Source: Podarcis tiliguerta (lineage: Eukaryota). From it: DNA of 64,000 bases. Positions 36,588-48,643 of the stretch are shown here, in pieces (positions within the stretch are counted from its first letter, which is position 1; each line of letters opens with the position of its first letter). Both the position numbers and the translations under genes were made by a program. The notes under the pieces were generated by a model. That model saw nothing but the letters and a program-made list of their open reading frames with translations, was not told where the DNA came from and did not search any database. The DNA is taken from assembly GCA_965153285.1 (NCBI GenBank), contig OZ229113.1. One strand, written 5' to 3'.

Positions 36588-36782
36588 ATGGTACGCGAAC
36601 AGTATACTACAACAACACCAGGTACTAACCTACAGAGACCAGAAACGCAATATGTCTACAACGTGGGCATCTATGGTTGGAGGAAGCGTTGCCTTTATCT
36701 CTTCGTCCTCCTCCTAATCATCATCCTAGTTGTGGATCTTGCTCTGACCATTTGGATTCTTAAAGTGATGTGGTTTTCTCCA
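36588..36782 (+). CDS. SGCG: Gamma-sarcoglycan coding exon 1 (aa 1-65; cytoplasmic tail and transmembrane helix)
   Basis: tttttctcctctagcag|ATG acceptor directly before the start codon; MVREQYTTT...[39 protein letters not shown]; CCA|gtaaga donor; 195 nt. Confidence 0.97.
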
Positions 36783-37204
36783 GTAAGAGTCCTTCATCAT
36801 CTTTTTTTTTTTTTTTCATGTGTAACTATTGTCAGAATAAACTGCACTTTTAACCTGATAATTTCATGGCAAACCAAATTGTAAATAATGCATTTGATGT
36901 CCCTAAGGTAATAAATCAACTTCTGATCCGTAAAGGGTGCTAAGAAAAGAAGTATTGCAGATTTTCTCATTTCCACAGAAATGCCTGTTTCCTCCCCACA
37001 AAAAAGGAAATTAGGGGGTTGGACTTATTTTTTCATGGCTTCAGAATTTCTGGAAAGTTTACATCTCTACGGAACACCACTATAAGGAAGTGCCTATTGT
37101 GGTTCTTCCCACCCCACCCACCCGATGCTGTCTTGTTGTAATGTTGTCATAATCTTTCCCCTCTTTTCTCATCTGGTCAGGGTTCCTCTTGTGCATTTTT
37201 ATCC

Positions 37205-38297
37205 ATAGAATCATAGAGTTGGAAGAGACCACAAGGGTCATCGAGTCCAACCCCCTGCCAAGCAGGAAACACCATCAGAGCACTCCTGACATATGGTTGT
37301 CAAGCCTCTGCTTAAAGACCTCCAAAGAAGGAGACTCCACCACACTCCTTGGCAGCAAATTCCACTGTCGAACAGCTCTTACTGTCAGGAAGTTCTTCCT
37401 AATGTTTAGGTGGAATCTTCTTTCTTGTAGTTTGTATCCATTGCTCCGTGTCCGCTTCTCTGGAGCAGCAGAAAACAACCTTTCTCCCTCCTCTATGTGA
37501 CATCCTTTTATATATTTGAACATGGCTATCATATCACCCCTTAACCTCCTCTTCTCCAGGCTAAACATGCCCAGCTCCCTTAGCCGATCCTCATAAGGCA
37601 TTGTTTCCAGGCCTTTGACCATTTTGGTTGCCCTCCTCTGTACACGTTCTAGTTTGTCAGTGTCCTTCTTGAACTGTGGTGCCCAGAACTGGACACAGTA
37701 CTCCAGGTGAGGTCTGACCAGAGCAGAATACAGTGGCACTATAACTTCCCTTGATCTAGATGCTATACTCCTATTGATGCAGCCCAGAATTGCATTGGCT
37801 TTTTTAGCTGCCGCGTCACACTGTTGGCTCATGTTAAGTTTGTGGTCAACCAAGACTCCTAGATCCTTTTCACATGTACTGCTCTCAAGCCAGGTGTCAC
37901 CCATCTTGTATTTGTGCCTCTCATTTTTTTTGCCCAAGTGCAATACTTTACATTTCTCCCTGTTAAAATTCATCTTGTTTGTTTTGGCCCAGTTCTCTAA
38001 TCTGTCAAGGTCGTTTTGAAGTGTGATCCTGTCTTCTGGGGTGTTAGCCACCCCTCCCAGTTTGGTGTCATCTGCAAATTTGATCAGGATGCCCTTGAGT
38101 CCATCATCCAAGTCGTTGATAAAGATGTTGAATAAGACCGGGCCCAAGACAGAACCCTGTGGCACCCCACTAGTCACTCTTCTCCAGGATGAAGAGGAAC
38201 CATTGATGAGCACCCTTTGGGTCCGGTCAGTCAGCCAGTTACAAATCCACTGAGTGGTAGCATAGTCAAGACCGCATTTTACCAGCTTCTTTACAAG
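37205..38297 (-). mobile_element. Young 5'-truncated CR1 LINE (RT C-terminal part and 3' UTR) in an SGCG intron
   Basis: Open frame with [30 protein letters not shown] and [15 protein letters not shown]; ATTCTATG-type 3' tail. Confidence 0.96.
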
Positions 38298-38398
38298 CTG
38301 TTTGAAGAAGATGGGCATGATACCCTGGTGAGAATTTTAAAAACACTTGAGTAAGAAATGCAGTGAATCTAAAAGCTTGGAGTCTTTTGTCATTGCAG

Positions 38399-38500
38399 AT
38401 TGGAATGGGATACCTTTATGTTCAAAGCGAAGGACTTCGGCTAGAACGGGAGTCAGAATTTTTATATCCTTTATATGCCAAAGAAGTTCACTCTAGAAAG
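38399..38500 (+). CDS. SGCG: Gamma-sarcoglycan coding exon 2
   Basis: cattgcag|ATT...AAG|gtaagc; 102 nt; [34 protein letters not shown]. Confidence 0.95.
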
Positions 38501-39016
38501 GTAAGCAAGTCTGCAATATTCTGCTCGCACACACATTCGGGCTTAAATCCCACTAAGTTGAGCGAGGCTTTCTAAGCAAATACGCTTAGATTTGGGCTGT
38601 AAGTCGGGTCATCAACAGGTCGTCTGAAAATTCGCAATGGGTACATGTCATAAATTATCATCTGCAAGACTTATGTAGGTTAAAGTCAGCAATGCATTGT
38701 GGGTCTAGAGAGGGAGCTGTTGTCAGTCTGGATTCATTTTTCAATACACCCAGTCACATCAGAAGGTGCTAAAACCAGAGACAAGGTCAAGAGTGACCCT
38801 GTCTTGGACCTTAGGATGAAGGAACTGATAGCTCATTATTGTATTTAGCTTGTAAGAGGCTGTGTACATTTAAAGTGCACCCCCTCAAAGAATCCTGGGA
38901 TCTGTAGTTTGTTAAGGCCGCTAGGAATTGTTGTTCTGTGAGAAGTGAACTACACTTCCTATGATTCTTGGTGGGGGGTGGTGGAGAAATGGAGGAAAAT
39001 AAAAAGACACAGGTAT

Positions 39017-39209
39017 CATAGGAGCCAACTCCTAGGGTCTGTGGGAGCTTTGACCCCCCACAATAAAATATTTGAGGAGGCTGGGCCCCTGCAAAGTTGA
39101 TGGGCATTCCCATTCAAATGGTATGTGTGTGCACTGTGTCATGTGATTGATTATGTGGGGCAGGGCTTACCTGGGCCCCCACAGTATTTTATCCAAGTTG
39201 GCACCCCTG
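39017..39209. mobile_element. hAT-type MITE
   Basis: Perfect 8-bp TSD ACAGGTAT; same family as 12469-12631. Confidence 0.88.
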
Positions 39210-39423
39210 ACAGGTATATTCAAGGAGTGGTTTGAATGCTTTTGAACAGGGCTGAGGCAAGCAGGGCCTGCTTAGTTACCCGTGAGTAAAACGTTACTCA
39301 TTTACCAAGGCTATCATAGGCTACTTGAGAGCATTGAAGGCACTAAGATGTTTAGCTTTCCCTGTGGTGAATATCTGAAAGTTTTCTAAATTTGCATCTC
39401 TTTCTCCTCATCCCTTAAACTAG

Positions 39424-39511
39424 GACTCATCTCTGCTTTTGCAATCCACTCATAATGTGACTCTAAATGCACGCAATCCTGATGGGAACGTCACAGGCAG
39501 ATTAAGTGTGG
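39424..39511 (+). CDS. SGCG: Gamma-sarcoglycan coding exon 3
   Basis: tag|GAC...GTGG|gtaggt; 88 nt; [29 protein letters not shown], with the conserved N110 NVT sequon. Confidence 0.95.
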
Positions 39512-39694
39512 GTAGGTTTAAACTACGTTTCTTCAGTTTGCATTTTGAAGGTTTTGAATACAGTGGTACCTCGGGTGACATATGCTTCAGGTTACATGCG
39601 CTTCAGGTTACAGACTCGGTTAAACAGACTTCAGGTTAAACTCAAGTGAAGCCAAGAAACAAATTGTGATACACAAGAGCCTTGAAAACCAGTA

Positions 39695-39919
39695 CAGTGG
39701 TACCTCGGGTTACATACGCTTCAGGTTACAGACTCAGCTAACCCAGAAATAGAACTTCAGGTTAAGAACTTTGCTTCAGGATGAGAACAGAAATTGTGCT
39801 CGGTGGTGCGGCAGCAGCAGGAGGCCCCATTAGCTAAAGTGGTGCTTCAGGTTAAGAACAGTTTCAGGTTAAGAACGGACCTCTGGAACGAATTAAGTAC
39901 TTAACCCGAGGTACCACTG
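39695..39919. mobile_element. Tc1/mariner MITE, family A (a partial copy lies at 39561-39640)
   Basis: TA|CAGTGGTACCTCGGGTTA...TAACCCGAGGTACCACTG|TA. Confidence 0.92.
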
Positions 39920-40516
39920 TATGCACATTCTTTGTGGTGATCTCATGTCTATCCAGAGGCCATACAAATGGTCTTGGATAGTCAACTCAAGTAGGGCTGC
40001 TGTCCAAAAGGAGCAGAAGTGAGAGAGTGTCAAATGCAATTGAATAGCCACATCCAGATATAAGGGGTAGATCATTAGGTTTCCTACACCCCTTACAAAA
40101 TGGGTGGGGGGATTCATGAACTGACATAAATTCTTCCCTGGTTGGGGTGTCTTGGCATCCAACATCAGGCCTCTGTCTTCCCCCTTGGAAGGAGATCCAA
40201 CGCCTCCCATCAGGGAACACAAAACTGCAGGACCTGCAAAGCAATTCTTTTAACCCTTTCCTGGGAAAGAAAACCTGAGCTAATTGCTTTAATCTTTGTC
40301 TCCTCCTTTGGAGATCTTCCCCAAGCTGTTTAAGCCCTAGAGAGGATACCAGTGTCCAATTTGTACAACAATTTACGTGATAAGCATGCTACACTGATAT
40401 GGATTAGATATGGACTAGTTAGAAATTAAGCATGCAGTTTTATACACAGGGAGTAGGAAAAATTGAACACAGTGGAATTTTCTTCTGAAAAAAGATGCAT
40501 AGGATTGTTCCATAAG

Positions 40517-40533
40517 ATTTATTTATTTATTTA

Positions 40534-40568
<35 letters not shown>

Positions 40569-40569
40569 A
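40517..40569. repeat. (ATTT)n/(AAAT)n inverted microsatellite
   Basis: Perfect 34-bp palindrome at 40517-40550, then further AAAT units. Confidence 0.9.
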
Positions 40570-41512
40570 TGCCATAAATCAAATGCAAGCTGTAATTCTA
40601 AGGGGTGATTCAGTTCTACACTATATCCATTCTTCTCCACTTTTCACAGCAGAGTCACATGTGCACATTTTTGCATAGTGTGTTCCACCTAGCTCAACCC
40701 CAAAGTATTTTTCCCTTTTATTTGATTAGGAAAATTCTATTTTTTCTCCTAATGAAAGCTGGAAACTGGGACCATAATCTACAGTGCAATCTTATACATC
40801 TCTATTCAGACATGAGTCCCACTGTGTTTAGTAGGGCTTATACCCAGGTAAGAAGAAATAGGATTGCAGTCCCAATGCCCTAAACTTTATAAACATATTG
40901 TTATAGATCTATGGGTGTTCAATGTTCAGGTTTAATCAATGTTAGAATTTAATTAGAATTGGTACGTTAGAACAGGGAAATTGGGTGGACCCACTTATAA
41001 GCCTCTGTTATTAGCATATATGAAAACTAAGTCAGGCAGATATCTTAAATTGTGACCCTTCCTTAATCTTTGGGAATCAACATGAATCAGGTGTTTATTG
41101 AACTTAATTTCCTTTGGGGTAATGAGCTGTTAGCAAGTCAGAGGATGAGAGTGCAAATCCCATTTCCAAATGGGTGGGCTTCCTCCCTCCCTGAACACAG
41201 GATTTCCTTTAAAAGACAATACCAGTGTTCTTGGGGTAGGAATGCTGTGGACCCCTGCATTGTAAGCTTCATGTGTGTAAATGAACCATATATCCTAAAG
41301 ACGCCACAGTCTCTGCTGTGCCTTATTGTCCCACAGGAAACAGATCCTGGGTTAAAGTGCTCCTGGTACCCCTGGAATCTATAACGCCTGCTCAGAGATA
41401 GGGGTGGTGTGTCACAATATATTGTATCATTGGCAGCTCATAAATGCAACTTAAGAAAAAGCAAATGATAATGGTTCTGTTAAAATCCTAGTAATTCTTG
41501 TGTGCTTCTTAG

Positions 41513-41638
41513 GCCCGGACATGGTACAATTTGATGGTCAGGAATTTCAGATCAAGTCCATGAATCTGGATGGAAAGCCTCTGTTTACAGTGGATGAAGA
41601 TGAAGTTGCAATTGGTACAGACAGACTTCGAGTGACAG
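41513..41638 (+). CDS. SGCG: Gamma-sarcoglycan coding exon 4
   Basis: cttcttag|GC...ACAG|gtttgc; 126 nt; [42 protein letters not shown]. Confidence 0.93.
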
Positions 41639-42556
41639 GTTTGCATGCAAGTGTAAGAAACAGCTCAAAAACATCCTTTAAGAAGACGTTCTTCTAAAAG
41701 CAAAACAAACTCACTGCTGCAGAAAACAGTCATTCATTAACCATAGGTTTCACTTTCTATGGTATTTTGTTTACTGCTGGCCCCAACTTTAGTTGATGGA
41801 GACAAAATATCATCTTCAAAATTTCACTCACACTGTTAAATGAAAGCACTTATTTCAGTTTTATTAATTTGTTGGTAGAATAAAGATGACAGTCTCTTAA
41901 TTAAATTTCAAGAAGCTGACGCTCATAGGAAAATGATGCAAGTTGACTAACAACCCTGTTCTAGCAAAAACAAGGAAGAGTATTGTGGCAGCTAACAAAT
42001 AGCACAAGCTTTTCTGGATGAGAGTCCATCAGATACATGTGGTTTCAGGTATATATACAAAAGGGAGGGGAGGCAGGAGGAACGGTAAGTACTGAGGTCA
42101 GAGGAAAATGAAATGCAAAAAAATGGAAACAGTGACCATTTAAATAGAGGTAGAATCTACGTGAAATAAGCAAAATGGTTGTATTAGCATATATCCTTAT
42201 GATATAAACACCACATCATCTTATGTTAATAACCCACCCTCAGGCCACATCGGCTTCAACATAACATGACATCCGTGTAAGATCCTAATATCTCACAATC
42301 CTACAAATGAGTCTTTGATTGCTTGGAACCTTCCCTCAATGCAACACAGAATGGGATTTCCCCATCCTCCTCATTATCTCTGCAGCCCCCCCCCCCCAAA
42401 GAAAAACTACTTGGGAGTTGGAGGGCCCTTGGTAATTGTTTATGGGTTATCTTGTGGGGTTGCAAATAAAGAGGGAGTTGTCCCCCTTGCACTTTTAGCA
42501 GATGGGCCATAGCTTTGCATGCAAAAAGTCTCAGGTTCAGTCACTGGAGTCTGTAA

Positions 42557-42807
42557 GCCAGTGTGGTGTAGTGGTTAAGAGCGGTAGTCTCGTAATCTGG
42601 TGAACCAGGTTCGCGTCTCCGCTCCTCCACATGCATCTGCTGGGTGACCTTGGGCTAGTCGCACTTCTCTGAAGTCTCTCAGCCCCACTCACCTCACAGA
42701 GTGTTTGTTGTGGGGGAGGAAGGGAAAGGAGAATGTTAGCCGCTTTGAGACTCCTTAAAGGGAGTGAAAGGTGGGATATCAAATCCAAACTCTTCTTCTT
42801 CTCTTCT
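42557..42807 (+). mobile_element. tRNA-derived SINE with (CTT)n tail (Squam3-like)
   Basis: A box TGGTGTAGTGG, B-box-like GGTTCGCGTCT, CORE-like GGGTGACCTTGGGC, CTT tail. Confidence 0.75.
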
Positions 42808-42921
42808 AAGTAGGGCTGTGAAAAAAATTGGTATAAGACAACTTCCTCTGTTGCTCATATACTCAGAAGCTCCCTATACGGTCAAAGCACCAGTAGGTAG
42901 AAGCTTCCAACACATGTTTAG

Positions 42922-43122
42922 GTAGGTAAAGGAAAAGGATCCCTGAATGGTTAAGTCCAGTCAAAGGCGACTATGGGGTGCGGCGCTCATCTTGCTTCAA
43001 GCCGAGGGAGCTGCCGTTTGTCCACAGACAGTTTTTTGGGTCATGTGCCCAGCATAACTAAACCGCTTCTGGCACACAGAGGACCGTGTCTGAAGCCAGA
43101 GCGCACAGAAACGCTATTTACC
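42922..43122 (-). mobile_element. Older truncated Sauria SINE
   Basis: ggtaaagg...taagtccagtc...gcggcgctcatct...gggtcatgtg-ccagcat-actaa-ccgcttctggc. Confidence 0.75.
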
Positions 43123-43401
43123 TGTATACCAAATCTACGTAGGACAAAGGATCACAGAAACGCCTTATGACATGTGAAGCAAGTATCAGAGGTTTCCAAG
43201 ACCATATGCAGTTTGAAAATGCCTTCCCTTAAGGCTTGAATTTGTACACACATTCCACGAAGGTCAGTGAACCTGATGTTTTGTGAGACCTTTATGAGGA
43301 TCTCCTACCGTACTTTGTTTTTCCCCTTGTAAGGGGAAAGGGGAGCTGTCTCTTCCCTCTGACACCTAACAGCCACAACTGGTTTGTTTCCTCTCTTCCA
43401 G

Positions 43402-43486
43402 GGCCAGAAGGAGCTCTTTGTGAACATTCTATAGAAACACCACTCATTAAAGGTGTTAGAGGTCTTGACAACGCTAAAGAGCTGAG
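43402..43486 (+). CDS. SGCG: Gamma-sarcoglycan coding exon 5
   Basis: ctctcttccag|GG...CTGAG|gtaagt; 85 nt; GPEGALCEHSIETPLIKGVRGLDNAKELR; not in the ORF track, read by hand. Confidence 0.92.
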
Positions 43487-43913
43487 GTAAGTATTTGTCT
43501 CAAAAGCAAATAACCTCTTATGCATTATCAGGCCCTGCATGGCCATATACACAGTATGTCAAAATGACAAATAAAAAGAATTGATCTGTACAGGTGTATG
43601 TACAGCTTCATGTAACAGAGGAGGAATCTGATGTGATAGCTCTGTCCATGGAATGGGATTAGTTTTACGTGAAAGTCACAAACATGACCATATTAAGCTG
43701 CTCTTCCAGAGTTAAAATCGGGTTTTCTCTGAAGCTAGTAACCCAAGTACCTAAAGGAGCAATTCCTTGAATATCAGCCATCTCTGGTCCTACATTCTTC
43801 TTGGAGTCAACTCTGGGTTCTTCCCAGTTAGCGTTGTCCCAACAAGGCCTTTTCAGTGGCTGTTTCCTATCCATGGGTGATGACAGTCAGGTATGCATGC
43901 AGGAGCCAGGCCC

Positions 43914-44335
43914 TGTGACCAATAGGACTTTGCAGGACTGGGGCCTTCCTAAGTTTGTTCTGAAGAGGCAAGGCGCAGCCTCACAGGTGAGGCCGATTGG
44001 TAACTCACAGCACCTGGTGGTAAAAGCTGGGAAGGGATATAAGGTCAGCATTTCCCTTCAGCTCTTTGCCACAGCAACACGCTTCCTGCCTTGCTGTGTT
44101 TGGCTTCTTGCTTCCTGATCCTTGAACCTCGGCTTCGTGACCCGTGGAGCCCTGACTTTGTGACTCCTTGTTTCCTGACCCTTGGCTTCTTGACTCCCAG
44201 CTCTCTGGCCCTCGGACTCTTGGCTTCCTGACTCCTGGTTTCTGGACCCCCATTCCTGCTCCCACCCCGCCATCTTGTCCCCGGTTCCAACGTCCTCAGC
44301 TGGGACTTTGGTCGCCCGTGAACCAGACTGTGACA
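43914..44335 (+). mobile_element. Possible solo LTR with internal degenerate tandem repeats
   Basis: TGT...ACA ends, GATATAAG box near 44036, repeated cttggcttc-tgactcc units at 44095-44250; no clear TSD. Confidence 0.4.
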
Positions 44336-44499
44336 CAGACACTGGTTTAGAATTGAGGCAGCTGCTTTGGATTTAGGTGGGAAAGAGAGATAGTACTGGA
44401 TGTCATCAACATCCAAACCCAGAAACTCTGGACAACCTCTCCCAGTGGTTTCATGTAAATGTTCATTAGCACGGGAGACAGAACAGAACCCCGAGGGAC

Positions 44500-45005
44500 C
44501 CTGCAGGCCAAGTGTCAAACAGGGGTCGTTCCCCACCTCCAGCACCACTTTCTGGGTTCATCCAGGAAGGATCAGACCCACTCTGTAAAACAGTGCCTCC
44601 AAGTCCTGTCTTAGCAAGCTGGCCCAGAAGGATACTGTGGTTGATTGCATCAAAAGCCACAGAGAAGTCCAGCAGCACCAACAAGGACACACAGTCCAAA
44701 TCCTGGCGTAAATCATCCACCAAGGCAAACCAAAGCCATCTTTGTTCCACAACCGGGCCTGAAGGCAGCTTGAAATGGATCTAGGTCAGGCATAGGCAAA
44801 CTCGGCCCTCCAGATGTTTTGAGACTACAATTCCCATCATCCCTGACCATTGGTCCTGTTAGCTAGGGATGATGGGAGTTGTAGTCCCAAAACATCTATA
44901 GGGTCGAGTTTGCCTATGCCTGATCTAGATAATACATCTATAGGGTCGAGTTTGCCTATGCCTGATCTAGATAATACATCTCCTCCAGAAACCCCTGGAG
45001 CTGAG
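44500..45005 (-). mobile_element. Degraded L2-like LINE RT fragment, interrupted by a MITE
   Basis: ALVDDLRQDLD..SLLVLLDFSVAFDAINHSILL.QL..TGLGGTVLQ. Confidence 0.8.
44787..44922. mobile_element. Palindromic hAT-type MITE
   Basis: Same family as 913-1048; TSD atctaggt/atctagat. Confidence 0.9.
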
Positions 45006-45764
45006 ATGCCTGTTTAAAGGTGCATAATGCACTTGTTCAGCAAAAACATGTTGTCTCAAAAAATAGAAGCTGTAAAACAATTTCCAAGCATGGAAAATAA
45101 GCTCATGTAAGAGCTGCCCAGTTTGAAGAGGCCTGAAATGCAAACCAACTGCTTAGACACCCACCCACAGGCTGGTCATGCTAGCCAGAAACACAATGGA
45201 ATGTGTGTCTCAGAGCTGCAGGCTGCCCACACAATGTCCAGATCCAGATCTGAACTAGGCTGGGCTGTTACATAAATTCCCTATGGCAAGAAGCGGCAGC
45301 ATGAAGAAGCAAGTTTGCTTCTGTCCTTCTCAATTGCCGGGTCTGCCTTGCAGTTTTGTTTGCTGGTGAGGAAATGCACCCGGTTACATTCCCCCACATG
45401 TTTAGGGGAATGGCTTTCGGTAGCTGCCAGAATCCGACTGCTCACCACATCTAGAAAAGGATTTTTCTCATGTTTAAAGCAGCAGAGATTCTGGGGTTTC
45501 CCTCCCCCCCCCCCTTTCTCTTTCCAGATGTGGCTTGGCTCACTTGCACGAGCTACCTCAAGCTGTTTGCCTTGTAAACTAGGTTCCAGGGCCATGAAGT
45601 AGTAGCTGTGCTAAGACTGTGCTGAAAGGCTCTCAAAGAAATGAACAAGGTGAATGGGGGCACGGGTACAGTGATGAAAAAATAGTGTGAAACAAAACAA
45701 ATACTCTGGTTATAATGAAAGAGACAAAAATTTGAGGAAAGGATGCCAAATGTTTTGACTAGAT

Positions 45765-46005
45765 AAGAGGTCAGCAAACTTTTTCAGCAGGGGGCCAGTC
45801 CACTGTCCTTCGGACCTTGTGGGGGCCGGACTATATTTTGGAAAAGAAAAAAAATGAACGAATTCCTATGCCCTACAATTAACCCAGAGATGCATTTTAA
45901 ATAAAAGGGCACATTCTACTCACGTAAAAACAGGCTGTCTGCGGGCCAGATTTAGAAGGCAGTTGGGCCAGATCCAGCCCCCAGGCCTTAGTTTGCGTAC
46001 CCATG
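45765..46005. mobile_element. hAT (Charlie-like) non-autonomous element
   Basis: Perfect 8-bp TSD GACTAGAT at 45757-45764 and 46006-46013. Confidence 0.88.
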
Positions 46006-47683
46006 GACTAGATGAATCACAGAACAATTTTGCCTACAGGCATAGCTTTTGCCCTTAAAAACCAGAAGCAGAGTGCCAAACAAAATAAGTTTATTCCCTG
46101 CCTTTCTTCCAGTATGGGGCTCAGTGTGACATACGCAACAGTCTTCCAAACACTCTCCCATCGTGGTACTGACCACACACATGCATTTTTAGTTTTGGTG
46201 CTTCCTTTGCTTTCGGGCTACATTCCAGTACTAGTGTTGCCTATATTTGGCTGGATTGTGAATACTTGTTTGCATTCAGAAGTGATGCACTTCCTATTGA
46301 TTCCTCCATTGCAGAAAGTTGGGCTAGATGACCCTCTGTGTCCCTTCCAGCTCCACAATTCTATGATTCCAAGTTGATGTCAAACTGACTGCTGTCCTTT
46401 GCTGCCACCTTGTGGCACTACTGGTTTCCAAGGCTCTTGAGTATCATAATTTGTTTCCTGGCTTCACTTGAGTTTAAGGTTTACAAAGTGAGAATTAATT
46501 TTGTGGCTTCTCTTTACAGAGGTTTTAATTCTCAAAGCTTATTCAATCTGTACAACATGTTTTACAGCAGAACCAACTCTCCCCCTATCCAGTTCCTGAC
46601 ATGAGTCATCCACTGGCAACCCAAGCCAAATAGATTCACCTTGAGCACCAGTTTTGGCCCCTAGGCCTGAGGTTTGCTAGCCCTGATTTGAGGGAGTAGC
46701 GTCTTTAGCAGGACCTGTCTGTAAGGGAGCTCCCTGAAAGACATTGTGTGCCTCCATCTCTCTCAGCTTCTCCAGGGTTAGCTGCCTTGGCCTTAATGGA
46801 ACAAGCTCATTGCAGCAAGCCCACACTTTTGCTGCAATACTGCAAAATCTCATGGGAATCCCACCCACTCATTGGCTTTCCACTTTTCTATCCTTGAGTT
46901 GCTTCATGTCAAAGATAATGTATTGGATTTATGTGGCGTGGGGAATAGGCTTTTGTCTGCAACTTCAATAACTATCTTTTAAAGATGGTTGTATTTTCAC
47001 TCCCCTAAGCTCTGTTCCTTATTGCCAAAACCTTTTTTACCTTGTGAACATGGTGGGGCAATTTGCTCACAGAGGAACAACTTTCTAAATATATCCAGGT
47101 AGCTAGCTACTCTACAGAGCCTGTGACCCAGGTCGTTGAGTTATGCTACTCAAGTTTAGCTTCTTAAAAAAGGCATGGCACACACACACTGCTACAGTCC
47201 TAGGACTATTCAGGCAGTAGAGAGGATTCAGCTGCCACAACTACACCAGGAATCTGGCACAGGCCACCACCACATCATGGAACATTGTCTTGCTGGCTAA
47301 CAGTAACTTCTAGGAAGAATCAGCTGCCAGGCTAGAATTCTAAACTCTCACTTGGAAGTCAATACCCCATTAAATCGGTATCACTTGCACTAAAATAGCC
47401 ATCATCAACACCTCTTTTTTATTTAGGCTTTTGGATAATGTGAAGCTATTGTGGCCTGTTGCTGGTTGTTTCATCTGATGCATTCTGTTTGAAATGTTTT
47501 TTAAAAGTTTATATTTAAAATTGCCTTACGGTTATTGATTTTACAATATGGTGTTGACCTGCTTTGCATCATGTTGTTGTTGTTGTTGTATTATGATGGA
47601 CAGGCTTATAAATTATAAATAAATGCAATAAATAAAACCACAATTTATTAAGATGTTGAGATCTTCCTTCTGGTTTCTTTCAG

Positions 47684-47807
47684 GCTTGAATCGCCAACTC
47701 GGTCTCTCACCATGGATGCTCCACGAGGGATTAATATTAAAGCCGAAAGTGGGACTATTACGGCTCTTTCTCATCTGGATATCAAGTTGCAGAGCAGTGA
47801 TAGCATG
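47684..47807 (+). CDS. SGCG: Gamma-sarcoglycan coding exon 6
   Basis: tttctttcag|G...ATG|gtgaga; 124 nt; [41 protein letters not shown]; read by hand. Confidence 0.95.
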
Positions 47808-48643
47808 GTGAGATTTTAATTATTTCTTAATCTACCATCAACAAGCGATCCATTTACAATTGGTATTCAGAACAACAGCATTGACATTTCAGACATTGGG
47901 CTGTCTTCCTACCAGTTTCCTGCTGGTTTTAGTTTCAGCAAAATATGAGAACTATGCTGGCCCTAAGTAATTGGTGATTTTCACAAAGAGCCAACTAATC
48001 CCTTGCAGTGCCTGTGACTCCATTTTATCTAAATGTATAGTCACGCTATCTTGATGGTGAAATTGCCAATCAACGTATTCAGAACTCAGAACTATCTAAT
48101 ATTCCATTCAGCTGTTATCAAGTTCCCATTCTAAAACATGAACATTTTCATTTGCTTCATTTCCCGGCAATCATAGAGCATTTTGCACTCAGTTATCTTG
48201 CCCTCCATGAAGGAGCTTGGTGCTGTGGGAATAAAGTCTACTGACACAAAGCCCTATTGAAATTTGTCTTTTGCATTGAGGTCTCAGCCATGTTTCACGT
48301 CTGGGCTATGTTTGCTAAGGTGTCAGCAACCACACAAAAATTAAGAGTTTCCCCAACTTGGGGAATCGTCAAAGGTTTTGTTTAAATTTGCAATGTGGCT
48401 ACAGTAGAAATTAGTTTTAAAAGGGAACCTCTGATGTACATTTAATCACCACAATTGAGTCAACGTTTAATTTACTGGGCCCAGCACATGTCAACAGTTC
48501 TATGTAGGGCTGGCTCCAGTGGGTTCTCAGGTCCACAAAACTTGCACCATAATAAATTAACCTTTAAGATGCCACCACACTTTTTGGTCCGAAGTTACTG
48601 CTACACAAACAAATCCATTCGTGTCTGTCTTTCTTCCATGCAG

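Noticed and set aside
37275-38318. 347-aa reverse transcriptase ORF as a nested or domesticated gene
   Set aside because: 5'-truncated CR1; the ATG comes from flanking DNA, and the endonuclease and N-terminal RT motifs are missing.
44005-44548. Repetitive 86-167 aa ORFs
   Set aside because: Translations of degenerate tandem repeats in an LTR-like element and the adjacent L2 remnant.
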